From assembly GCA_041676625.1 (NCBI GenBank), contig JBAYRN010000011.1:2564-66563 (forward strand): a stretch of 64,000 bases of DNA, given 5' to 3'. The stretch comes from Vulcanimicrobiota bacterium. Its GTDB lineage: Bacteria; Vulcanimicrobiota; Xenobia; Xenobiales; JADMJV01. The position numbers and the translations under genes are program-made. Below the pieces are notes generated by a model. That model was not told the origin of the DNA and made no database searches. It was given only the letters and a program-made list of their open reading frames with translations. Each line of letters opens with the position of its first letter. The first letter of the stretch is position 1. Positions 25,215 through 33,989 of the stretch are shown one piece after another.

Positions 25215-26266
25215 AGCTTTACCACTGCGCGACGGCTCCGCCGGCACAGGCTCTGCAAATGTGGAACGAATTGCTGGATGGAATTCCGGTGGAGGATTTT
25301 GACTATCCCGCCCAGCGTCTTTTGCCCGCCGTGTGGTCTAATCTCAAGAAGGCCGGCCAGGAGTTTCCGCAAGAGCCCCGCTTGCGCGGCGTTTACCGCC
25401 TCACCTGGATCAAGAACTCCCTGCTTCAAAGAGCCTGTCTTGAGACCTTAGATCTCTTCGAGGCTCAACAACTTCCGGTGATAGTCCTCAAAGGTCAGGC
25501 TTTCAATACTTTGCTCTATCAAGAGCAAGGTGTACGCAGCGCCAACGACTTCGATCTCCTGGTACCTTTTCAACGAGCGCCTCAAGCCTTGGCACTGCTG
25601 GCCGAAGCTGGTTGGCAGCCCGCCGGTGGGAAATGGCCTGACCCTTGCCTGAGACTGGAAAATGCTGTGGCTCTGAAAAAAGGCCGGGCTGAACTCGATC
25701 TTCATTGGTATTTGCTGCGGGAAGCGCGAGAGGAAACCTTTGATGCTCCCTTGTGGCAAGAAGCGGTGCCCTTCCCTTTTGCCGGTCGAGAGGCTTTGAC
25801 TTTGTGCCCCACCCACCATCTTCTTCACCTCTTGGTCAGTGCCAATCGCGAGCCTGAGAGTCTGGGGCGCTACCTTTTGGACCTTCGTTTACTCACCCAG
25901 GAGTATGCGGGCGCACTCGACCAGCGAGCCGTCCTTCGCTTGATGGAAGAGCGGCACTTGCTCAGCCGCTTGAATGGCTTGCCTCTGGCCGAGTGTGGAC
26001 TGACGGAACTCACGACCACGACGGCCCCAGCTCTACTGGATCGGGCCTGGAGCCACGCCACGCGCTATGTTTCAGGCGGTTCCCATGAATGGCACTATTT
26101 GATTTTCCCTTTCCTTGATTTTTGGCTTCACTATCGAACGGGCCAAGAACCGAAATGGAATTTTTGGACCTATATAGTACGGCGTTTGGAGGTGTCGGAC
26201 GCCAGAGAATTTTTTGTCCGAACCTATCGCAAACTTCTACGGATGGTGAAACACGCTTGGCGCTGA
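25196..26266 (+). CDS. Nucleotidyltransferase-family protein (PF14907-like)
   Basis: LPVIVLKGQAFNTLLYQEQGVRSANDFDLLVPFQRAPQAL.., ELDLHWYL. It aligns by eye with the 11538-12590 product (IEVLSFKGLTLAQL..IDIDLLVRPEDF). Confidence 0.7.
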   Translation: MASPQLELYHCATAPPAQALQMWNELLDGIPVEDFDYPAQRLLPAVWSNLKKAGQEFPQEPRLRGVYRLTWIKNSLLQRACLETLDLFEAQQLPVIVLKGQAFNTLLYQEQGVRSANDFDLLVPFQRAPQALALLAEAGWQPAGGKWPDPCLRLENAVALKKGRAELDLHWYLLREAREETFDAPLWQEAVPFPFAGREALTLCPTHHLLHLLVSANREPESLGRYLLDLRLLTQEYAGALDQRAVLRLMEERHLLSRLNGLPLAECGLTELTTTTAPALLDRAWSHATRYVSGGSHEWHYLIFPFLDFWLHYRTGQEPKWNFWTYIVRRLEVSDAREFFVRTYRKLLRMVKHAWR

Positions 26267-27267
26267 AGGACCCTCATGATTTCTTAGAGCAAGTCTGGCC
26301 GCTCTGCGCCGGGCGGGCCGGCTTTTCCACGCCGGTGGGTTCCCACGCTTTGCTTTTGGATTGCCCCGATGATTCGTGGATGGAAGCTCTGTCTCGTGGC
26401 TTTTGGAAGATCTCGCAGGAGTTGGAGGGGGATAGTCCCTTTCACATTCGCGTGATCGGCCGGAGTGACCTTGAACGCTTGCCACCATTCCCTCTCACTC
26501 TGGCGCAGGAATCGGTTCGGGGCCGCATCGAGCCTTGGTGTACCGACGATTTTCTGGCCGTGGGCACTCTCGGGGGGCTTTTTTTGGCCGACCGACCCCG
26601 GGGTAGAGCCGTTCTCTACTACGCAGCGCCGTCTTCTATCCCGATCTGGGACCTCTGTGCACCGCTACGAACGGCACTCGGCTTTTTGCTGCCCGCCCAG
26701 GGCTATCATCTGCTGCACGGGGCGGCGGTGAGCTTTCAAGGCTCGGCCTGTCTCTTGGTGGGCAAAGGAGGCTCGGGCAAGAGTTCTTCGGCGCTTTCAG
26801 CTTTAAATCCGGGAAGCTCCTTGGAATTCGTGAGCGAAGACTATACGCTGGTGGAGTCGGAATCTCTCACTGTTCATCCTCTCTATCGCTCTTTCAAGGT
26901 CGGCTCCGCGGGCTTTACTCGCATGCCTTATTTGGAGAGATTCGAGAAGTTGGGAGAGCAGGACCAAAAGATCTGTTCGCTGTTGGACGGTTCGTTGTCC
27001 CCGAAGCCTGCCCGTTTGAAAGCGGTGCTCTGGCCCGATCTCCATGAGCCAACTCTTTTGGGGCCGATCCCTCGGGCAACCGCTTTGCTGAAGCTTGCTC
27101 CCAGCACCCTCTTTCAAAACCCCAACGCCCGACGAGAGGATTTTCAGGCTCTGGCCGCGCTGTGCCGCCGCTTGGACTCCTATTGCCTGGGTTTGGGCCG
27201 GCAGCCCTCTTTCGAAGTCGTGGAAAAGAGCCTGCAAGGCTTATTGGGGGAGTTCGCTTCCCTATGA
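26257..27267 (+). CDS. HPr kinase/phosphorylase-related P-loop protein (HprK-related kinase, A-type by context)
   Basis: YHLLHGAAVSFQGSACLLVGKGGSGKSSSALSAL..FVSEDYTLV. The track ORF begins at 26122, but that overlaps the upstream gene by 145 nt. The TTG at 26257 is a guess and the start is uncertain. Confidence 0.65.
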   Translation: MALKDPHDFLEQVWPLCAGRAGFSTPVGSHALLLDCPDDSWMEALSRGFWKISQELEGDSPFHIRVIGRSDLERLPPFPLTLAQESVRGRIEPWCTDDFLAVGTLGGLFLADRPRGRAVLYYAAPSSIPIWDLCAPLRTALGFLLPAQGYHLLHGAAVSFQGSACLLVGKGGSGKSSSALSALNPGSSLEFVSEDYTLVESESLTVHPLYRSFKVGSAGFTRMPYLERFEKLGEQDQKICSLLDGSLSPKPARLKAVLWPDLHEPTLLGPIPRATALLKLAPSTLFQNPNARREDFQALAALCRRLDSYCLGLGRQPSFEVVEKSLQGLLGEFASL

Positions 27268-27923
27268 CAGTGAGCGTGATCATTCCGGCACACAACGCCG
27301 AAGCCTTTCTGGGCCAAGCCCTGGAGAGTGTTTTGGCCCAGACCCATCCAGCCCACGAGATCGTCGTCTTCAATGACGGCTCCACCGATCGAACAGCCGA
27401 GATCTTGAGAGAATTTGAGGGAAAGATCTTAGTCCTGGGAGGAGAGGGCCCGGCTCGAGGAGCCGCCCATGCCAGGAATCGTGCCGTGGAAGTGGCTCAA
27501 GGAGAGTTTTTGGCTTTTCTCGATGCCGACGATCTTTGGCTCCCCGAGAAGTTGCAGCGTCAACTCGAAGCCCACGCTCGACAAACTGAAGACTGCGCCG
27601 TCTTTGGTATGGTCCAAGAGTTCAATAGCGAGGGTCCCTTGGGAGAGTATCGGACTTGTGCTCTTTCTTCGGTCTGCCTGGTCTGGCGAGAGCTCGCCCG
27701 AAGAGCAGGGCCCTTTGATGAGAGCTTGACCTTGGGTGATTTCGCGGACTGGATCGCTCGGATTCAGGAGCTTCCAGCTCGCCTGCTTTACCTGGAGCAG
27801 CCTTTGGCCAGGCGACGCTATCACCAGAACAACTTAGGAAAACGCGAGGTCGGTCAGCGCCAAGACTACTTGGAAGTGGTGAGACGTAGGCTGGCCCGAC
27901 GTCGTCAGGGAACTCAACAGTAG
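27264..27923 (+). CDS. Family 2 glycosyltransferase (paralogue of 24133-24810)
   Basis: MTVSVIIPAHNAEAFLGQALESV, IVVFNDGSTD, GAAHARNRA, FLDADDLWLPEKLQRQLE. ATGA overlap with the upstream gene. Confidence 0.8.
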   Translation: MTVSVIIPAHNAEAFLGQALESVLAQTHPAHEIVVFNDGSTDRTAEILREFEGKILVLGGEGPARGAAHARNRAVEVAQGEFLAFLDADDLWLPEKLQRQLEAHARQTEDCAVFGMVQEFNSEGPLGEYRTCALSSVCLVWRELARRAGPFDESLTLGDFADWIARIQELPARLLYLEQPLARRRYHQNNLGKREVGQRQDYLEVVRRRLARRRQGTQQ

Positions 27924-28012
27924 AGCGTACCGTCGATATCGCTCGCCACCCACAACAAGACCGCCGCCCTGGCGCTGATTTCAGACTTTGTTCAGAGAAG
28001 CTGTTTAAGATA

Positions 28013-28771
28013 ATGAGCGTGAAGATTCAAGCTCCCAAATACTCCCAGAGTTCTACTCTGCGAAAACCCGAGGCCCGGCGGGACGACCGATCCGAGCAGG
28101 CGGTTGACCGAGTGGAGCTTCGGGCTGGAGGGGTGCAGAAGGGCTCTCGCTGGGTGGGCCGGGTGGGCAAATTTATTTCAAAGGTTCCCAAGTTTCTGGC
28201 TCACACCGCCAAGTTTATCGGAGTGACCCTGCTGGGTGGTTTGACCGCTGCGGTTCAGTTGGCGGCTGGCTCCATCGGACTGGTGGGTATGGCCGGGCTG
28301 GGCCTTGCTGGGGCGCTGGAAGTGCGAGACGGCGTCAAAGAAAAGGATCCTCTCAAGATGCTCTCGGGGACCGGGGAGATCGTCAGGGGGGCTTACACCG
28401 GAGCTCTCTCCACCGGCTATCTGTTGGATCTCGGGCAGCACGCCGGAATGGCCGTAGCCACCTCCGCCCTGGGGGGGCTTCAAGGGAGTATCTACCTGTC
28501 CAGCGGGGCTATGAAATTTGTGAAAGGGCGCGCCGAGGGAGATAACCAGCGCCGGACCGAAGGAGCCCTGGAAGTGGGAATGGGGGTAGCCAGTCTGGGA
28601 ATGCTCGCGGCCCCCCTCACCCCGGTGGCCCTCGGAGTCTTCGGTGCTCTCTGTGCAGCCCGATTCGTGGTGGTCAACAAAGACCGGATCAAAGAGGGCG
28701 TGCAAAACGCGCGTCAGGTCTTGAATGAATACCGAAGAAAGATGGCCGACGAGCTGATCAGCGACCGCTGA
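28013..28771 (+). CDS. Gly/Ala-rich hypothetical membrane-associated protein (glycine-zipper-like)
   Basis: 252 aa. A polar K/R/Q-rich N-terminus with no signal peptide is followed by GxxxG/A-rich hydrophobic stretches (VTLLGGLTAAVQLAAGSIGLVGMAGLGLAGA). Confidence 0.5.
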   Translation: MSVKIQAPKYSQSSTLRKPEARRDDRSEQAVDRVELRAGGVQKGSRWVGRVGKFISKVPKFLAHTAKFIGVTLLGGLTAAVQLAAGSIGLVGMAGLGLAGALEVRDGVKEKDPLKMLSGTGEIVRGAYTGALSTGYLLDLGQHAGMAVATSALGGLQGSIYLSSGAMKFVKGRAEGDNQRRTEGALEVGMGVASLGMLAAPLTPVALGVFGALCAARFVVVNKDRIKEGVQNARQVLNEYRRKMADELISDR

Positions 28772-29558
28772 TGCTGCTGGGGAAGTAGCCGGCATGGGTC
28801 ACCAGCGGGCCTACTTGAAAGCACTCCAGTTGTGGATTGGCCTTGTTTCGGAAAGGTATGAGGTATTGATTGCGTTCGGCTAAAGATTTGGTGTGCATCA
28901 TTATGAGCATGTCGATATCTGCGGATGCGTCATCGAGAATAGTCAACATTTTTTTGAGACCCCTCCGAGAAATGATGTAGCCGTCAGTTCCCCAGCCAAT
29001 TTTGACGCGCCCGCAGTAATCACCCTGAACTCGGTTATTTAGAAACACCAGGTCGAACTCCACCGGCAGTTCCAGTTTCGGTGAGCCATGGATCACTCCG
29101 TCATCCTCAAAGATGGCCAGAAACTCCCATCCCTGGGCCAGTGCGTGTTGGTAAAGCTTTCTGGTTGTGAGCAAAAGTCCGATCGCGCCTGCCGAAAAAT
29201 CGCGGCCCTCCACGTGTTCTTTGAGCCAGTCGGGAGGGGCTTGAAGGGTAGAACCGTCCACTGCAGGCCACAATTCTACCGGCCAACCAGATTTTCTGGC
29301 CCAGTGCTGAAAGAGTCTCCTGCGGGATTGGTACCTCACGTCATCAAGCAAACTGATGCAGTAAATTCCGGTATTTATTCCCGCATTTCTTGCCAGGTCG
29401 ACGGTGTGCCAGCGGGTGGGGTCGGAAGTCCACCAGCGAAACCACCGCCGGATCCAGGTGTTGATGAGCGCTCTGGCCTGATTTAAAGGAATGCGAACTT
29501 GGAGAACAACTCGACGCAGAGGGGTCTTAATTGCGGGTGGAAGCCTCTCGACGAACAC
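28758..29558 (-). CDS. Glycosyltransferase family 25-like protein
   Basis: IYCISLLDDVRYQSRR, LWPAVDG, GAIGLLLTTRKLYQ, FLAIFEDDGVI and GTDGYIISRRGLKKML resemble the GT25 (LOS beta-1,4-galactosyltransferase-type) pattern. The start is uncertain because of a ~60-aa N-terminal lead. Visibly lower G+C than its flanks. Confidence 0.55.
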   Translation of the reverse strand: MFVERLPPAIKTPLRRVVLQVRIPLNQARALINTWIRRWFRWWTSDPTRWHTVDLARNAGINTGIYCISLLDDVRYQSRRRLFQHWARKSGWPVELWPAVDGSTLQAPPDWLKEHVEGRDFSAGAIGLLLTTRKLYQHALAQGWEFLAIFEDDGVIHGSPKLELPVEFDLVFLNNRVQGDYCGRVKIGWGTDGYIISRRGLKKMLTILDDASADIDMLIMMHTKSLAERNQYLIPFRNKANPQLECFQVGPLVTHAGYFPSSISGR

Positions 29559-29568
29559 GCACTGCCCT

Positions 29569-32500
29569 TTATAACTGAGTCGATGGATCGACGGTGGATG
29601 ACGGACTCTGGGTTCGGTTGCGGAATTTCCTCTTGAGTAGGTCTTCGTCGTCCCACCAGTTCAGGGGTATGAGAACGTCTTCGTAATAAAAATCCCACTG
29701 GCCGGAGCCGATGAGCGACTGGGTGTATTTCTCCACCAGGTCCACATCGTTCTGGGCAAACTCTGAGCCGGTCCGGTCATCGTCGTCAAAGCGCGGCTGG
29801 TCGTCCGAAAAGAAGCGTTCTCCCGGCGGGGTTTGAGGCCCGGGGGGCGTTTCGGGGGTTACCGGAGTCGGGGGAGGGGTGGGGTCGATGGGAGGTGTAG
29901 GAGCGGGAGGGTTGCCCTGGTTCACGGTAACCTCCACCGAGGTAACGCTGTTTACCGGGTCAGGGGAGGACGACAGGTTGCTGGAGCTACTATAAAGGGA
30001 GAGGTTCTGGGCCTCGATGACGATGGGACTTCCGGGGGTGCCGACCGTCCCGTTGGCCCCCAACCCCAGATTAAAGGTGCTGACTCTCCCACCGTTTTGA
30101 ATTACGTTGCCCTGAGCCACCAACACCAGGTTGTCACCCGCTGTGACGTCATTGTTCAAGATGATGTTGGGAGGCACCGCCAGTTGGGCGGGAATTTGGA
30201 GTTGGGTGCCCGCTACCAGGGCTACATCGTAGGCCTCTATATCAGTAGAGACAGTGAGATCACTGAGATCTGAACGGACTCGAAACTCGTCGTCGGCGGT
30301 TCCGGCATCGGAGACTTTGGCGTTGTTCACGATCGTGAGAGGATCGGAACCGATGTTTTGGATGTAGAGGCTGTGCCCCGCGGCTGGAGAGAGGGTGGAG
30401 GCAAGGATCTGCAGGTCGTTGTCGATGGCCCCGATGTCGTTATCGGCTTCCAGCAGGACCCCGGGGGCTTCGAGCAGGCCGTTGGGGCGCTGGATGATGT
30501 CATCGGAGGAGTTCAAAAAGATCTCGGTGTTGCCCCGAAGCCGGGTCGCCACGCTGATATCTCCGTTGTTTTCCAGGTGAAAGGTATCGGCCCGATTGCC
30601 GCTGATGCTCTTGTTTCGAAACGACAGGCTTCCGGTAAGGGTTACCTCCTGCTCGGCTCCGCCGTTGGTGGAGAGGAAGTAGTCCGTGCCGGAGGTGCTT
30701 CCGATCGCGAGGTTCTTGACACGGTCGATCTCGACGGGAGTGGCCTCGCTGCCGAAGTCGCTCGACAAACTCAAGCCGAGGTTGTCGGCGGAGATGTCGA
30801 CGCTGTTATTTAGCGAGGCAGCGTTGATAAGGAGAGTCTTGTCTGTGCCGGTGAGGTCAAAGCCGAGGGAATTCACGTCGCCGGTGGCGTCGATGGAAAC
30901 GTTGCCTCCGGACTCAACCCCGCCCGGAATGGCCAGTCCCCCGGTGACACCGACCACGATGTCGCCCTGTTGGGTTGTGACCGGAATGGAAGACGGGGGC
31001 GTCAAGTTGTCGATATCGTTTGTGGTCAGTGATTCATCAGCACCTTCCAGGGTGACGGTTGTTCCGGAATCCGGGGTCAGGGCCAGGAAGATGTTGGAGT
31101 TGGAGCCACTGGCGTTGACCTGCAGACTGTCGGACTGCACGGAGAGCGGTGCGCTCTGGCTACCAATGTCTTCGTCGGCGAAGAGGGCCAGAAAGGTGTT
31201 GCCGCCGCTAGCGATGATGTTGGGGCTCGCGCCACCACTGAGCAATGAGGAGTCGCTCGCGTTGAGGACCACGAACTGGTCGTTCTGGAGAGAAAGACCG
31301 TTGATGGCAAGGTCGGCCAGGGAGGTGAGGCGGGTGACGGTATCTGACGCGATCGCTGTACCATCCATTTGGAGACCGCTGGAGTTGTGAGTCAGCATGT
31401 CTCGACTCAACTCTTTATTGTTCAGTACCACGTCTCCACCGTTGAAGGTGAAGTCGATAAACTGGAGGGTTCTCGAATCCTCCTCGGAGCGGATGCCAAT
31501 GGGTGCGTTTGGCCCTTCAGCTTTCACCGTGAGGTTCGGAGTCAAGACGTCGATGAGCTTGCTGGTCGTGCCAACACCCTGAAAGCCTTCGAGAGTGATA
31601 CCCCCGTTGGGGGCGTGGACTTCAAGGACCTCGTCACTGGGATCAGGATCTGCTTCTATGGTCCCTAGAGTAGAAATCTTGACATCCCCGTCTATAGAAG
31701 AAGCGGCGGCACTAGGGGTGGGCGTGATTGTTGGCGTCAGGATAATCCCTTCGGCCTCCGGGGCGATATCATTCACCACCACGCTGTTCTGACCGTACGC
31801 GGACAACTTCGTCTTGCCCGAAGTGGTGTCGATCGCTGCGGTGACGGACCCATTTACTGAATTAAGAATGATCCGGGGAGACTTCAGCCCGAATTCGCTA
31901 TCGGCATCACCGATGATATCACCATTCGATTCTGCCAGGACCGAGATCTCGGTTCCGGCCATGATATCGGCGTTGGTGATGTCGACGGAACCTGCTTGGG
32001 AGGTGAGGCTTACGGACTGCCCGGCATCGGCACGAACCACGGTCAGATTTCCACCCGCTTCGGCTTTAATATCTGTGCCGGCGACCCAGCGTGATTCGTT
32101 ACCCTCGGTAATGGCTTGAGTGACAGAGCCGCCGGCGTCTAAGAGAATATCCTTCGCCCGCATTTCGGTGTCGGTGATCGTAATGTTACCGGTGGCATCC
32201 ATATCAATGTGTGAGAAGTAGGTGGGATTGTCTTGCGTCCCGGAAAAATCGGAGATAAAAGTGCTGCCTTCGACCAGGATATTGCCGCCGGTCGAATTTA
32301 TGGCCAGCGTAGCGGCGGCTTCAGCCGCACCGCTGTCGTCGTACTCTTCCTCGAAACGGATCGTAGTGCCGGTAATCGACACATCACCACCGGCGGTCAG
32401 GTGGACGTGCCCGCCGTCTTCTGAGCCAGCCTGGTTTTGAGTATCGATGGTGGCTCCGGTAATGGTGATTTTCCCCCCGGCGTCCGCCTCAAAGCCCCGA

Positions 32501-33948
32501 TCGGCAACGATGGTGCCCGACCCGATGAGGATGTCGTCGGTGGCCTTGAGCGTGAGGGCACCGCCGATATCGATGTCGTGGTTTCCCAGGTTGATGTAGG
32601 TGCCGTTATTCCCGTCTTCCACAAGAGTTGCATCTAAAGTGAGGCTACCCGAGCCGGTGGAAACGATATCGGTTTCCAACTCGATGAACCCACTAGATTT
32701 TAGATCGTATAAGGTGCCACTATTGATGAGAACTAAGATGTCATCAACCTCAACATAGGTGATACCCGACTCGCTCCCCGCCGTCTCTACGATTCTCGTA
32801 TTGCCCGGATCCAACAAAAACGTCCCACCCCGTCCGTCGACCCGGGTGAAATCAAGCTCCCCTTCCAGCTTCACCTGGTTTCCACTGACCTCGATGAAGC
32901 CGGCGTCCCCGGACTCCCCTCCCCGGGCGGCAATGGTGGCTCCTTCTTGAAAGGTGGTCAGTCCGGGCGGCCCGCCTTCCATGTTCGATAGCACCCGCAC
33001 CTCTCCGGCCGAGCTGTTTACTCCCACCCCGGAGGCCGAGGTCAGGGAACCGCCGGTCAGCAGGGTGTAGTCCGCCGAATCCAGCAGCACGTTACCCGCG
33101 TTTGCATGGTCTCGCCCGTCCGCCGAAACGGTGCCGGCCTGGACTAAAGTACCGGAGGAGCTGACCAGCCGGTAGGAGCCGTCCGGCATCTGGGTGAGCT
33201 GATCGGCTCGGCGGGTGGAGGGCACTCCCAGGGTCTGGGCGATGGTTTCCGACAGCATGCCCGGGGCCAGCAGCACCGTGCCGTCGGAGACCTCGCCGCT
33301 CAAGGAGAAATGCACCAGGTCCCGGCCGTCCAGATTCAGGGTGGCTTGCTCTCCCGAGGCCAGCACCACGTTGCCGGTGCGCGCCACGATGGTACCCTCG
33401 TTGATCACGGTGGGCGCCACCAGGACCGCGTAGCCGGCGTCGGTGATGGTGATCTGTCCCTGGTTCACCACGGCGGCCAGAGCTTGGTTCTGGTCTTGAA
33501 AAAAGTTGTAGTTACCGGCCAGAAAATCCTGATCGGTGATGTTCAGGCTGGAGGCCACCAGCCCCCCCACGTTGACCACGGAGGTGGGTCCGAAGAGGAT
33601 GCCGTTGGGGTTGATCAAGAACACGTTGCCGTTGGCGGTGAGCTGCCCCTGGATCAGCGACGGGTCCACCCCTGTGACCCGGTTGAGGATCACCGAAAGC
33701 TGGCTCGGCTGCAAGAATTGCACCGACTCCCCCAGCCCCACGGAAAAGCTCTGCCAATCCACGATGGCCCGGTCGGTGAGTTGCTGGATCACGGCGTGGG
33801 TCCCGCCTGCGATGTTGACCTCGCCGTGTCTCACGCTGTGCCCGGACGGGTTGGCCGCAGCCGAACCGGCTAGCCCCACGGACAGACCTATCGAAAGTAA
33901 GCCCCCTAGAAATCGTGTCCTCATCTTTTGGAAACGCCGAGTTTTCAT
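29569..33948 (-). CDS. Two-partner-secretion exoprotein (TpsA; filamentous haemagglutinin N-terminal domain protein), 1459 aa
   Basis: Signal peptide, then a TPS domain (AVIQQLTDRAIVDWQSFSVGLGESVQF, VILNRVTG, FLINPNGILFG), a long beta-helical G/T/S/N/D-rich repeat body, a Pro/Thr-rich linker and a ~100-aa C-terminal module. Confidence 0.9.
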   Translation of the reverse strand: MKTRRFQKMRTRFLGGLLSIGLSVGLAGSAAANPSGHSVRHGEVNIAGGTHAVIQQLTDRAIVDWQSFSVGLGESVQFLQPSQLSVILNRVTGVDPSLIQGQLTANGNVFLINPNGILFGPTSVVNVGGLVASSLNITDQDFLAGNYNFFQDQNQALAAVVNQGQITITDAGYAVLVAPTVINEGTIVARTGNVVLASGEQATLNLDGRDLVHFSLSGEVSDGTVLLAPGMLSETIAQTLGVPSTRRADQLTQMPDGSYRLVSSSGTLVQAGTVSADGRDHANAGNVLLDSADYTLLTGGSLTSASGVGVNSSAGEVRVLSNMEGGPPGLTTFQEGATIAARGGESGDAGFIEVSGNQVKLEGELDFTRVDGRGGTFLLDPGNTRIVETAGSESGITYVEVDDILVLINSGTLYDLKSSGFIELETDIVSTGSGSLTLDATLVEDGNNGTYINLGNHDIDIGGALTLKATDDILIGSGTIVADRGFEADAGGKITITGATIDTQNQAGSEDGGHVHLTAGGDVSITGTTIRFEEEYDDSGAAEAAATLAINSTGGNILVEGSTFISDFSGTQDNPTYFSHIDMDATGNITITDTEMRAKDILLDAGGSVTQAITEGNESRWVAGTDIKAEAGGNLTVVRADAGQSVSLTSQAGSVDITNADIMAGTEISVLAESNGDIIGDADSEFGLKSPRIILNSVNGSVTAAIDTTSGKTKLSAYGQNSVVVNDIAPEAEGIILTPTITPTPSAAASSIDGDVKISTLGTIEADPDPSDEVLEVHAPNGGITLEGFQGVGTTSKLIDVLTPNLTVKAEGPNAPIGIRSEEDSRTLQFIDFTFNGGDVVLNNKELSRDMLTHNSSGLQMDGTAIASDTVTRLTSLADLAINGLSLQNDQFVVLNASDSSLLSGGASPNIIASGGNTFLALFADEDIGSQSAPLSVQSDSLQVNASGSNSNIFLALTPDSGTTVTLEGADESLTTNDIDNLTPPSSIPVTTQQGDIVVGVTGGLAIPGGVESGGNVSIDATGDVNSLGFDLTGTDKTLLINAASLNNSVDISADNLGLSLSSDFGSEATPVEIDRVKNLAIGSTSGTDYFLSTNGGAEQEVTLTGSLSFRNKSISGNRADTFHLENNGDISVATRLRGNTEIFLNSSDDIIQRPNGLLEAPGVLLEADNDIGAIDNDLQILASTLSPAAGHSLYIQNIGSDPLTIVNNAKVSDAGTADDEFRVRSDLSDLTVSTDIEAYDVALVAGTQLQIPAQLAVPPNIILNNDVTAGDNLVLVAQGNVIQNGGRVSTFNLGLGANGTVGTPGSPIVIEAQNLSLYSSSSNLSSSPDPVNSVTSVEVTVNQGNPPAPTPPIDPTPPPTPVTPETPPGPQTPPGERFFSDDQPRFDDDDRTGSEFAQNDVDLVEKYTQSLIGSGQWDFYYEDVLIPLNWWDDEDLLKRKFRNRTQSPSSTVDPSTQL

Positions 33949-33989
33949 TGTTTTCCCCTCACTTCTTTTACACTCTGCCCACGTAGTCT

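Noticed and set aside
26122-26256. The ATG at 26122 as the start of the second HprK-like gene
   Set aside because: It would overlap the upstream NTase gene by 145 nt. A start near 26257 fits the tight coupling seen in the rest of the cassette. This remains unresolved, so the start is flagged as uncertain.
29569-33948. Whether the TpsA is a contact-dependent inhibition (CdiA-type) toxin
   Set aside because: There is no VENN-like pre-toxin motif, no small immunity-like ORF downstream (the next gene is a GT25-like enzyme), and no cdiB. The C-terminal module is only ~100 aa after a Pro/Thr linker.
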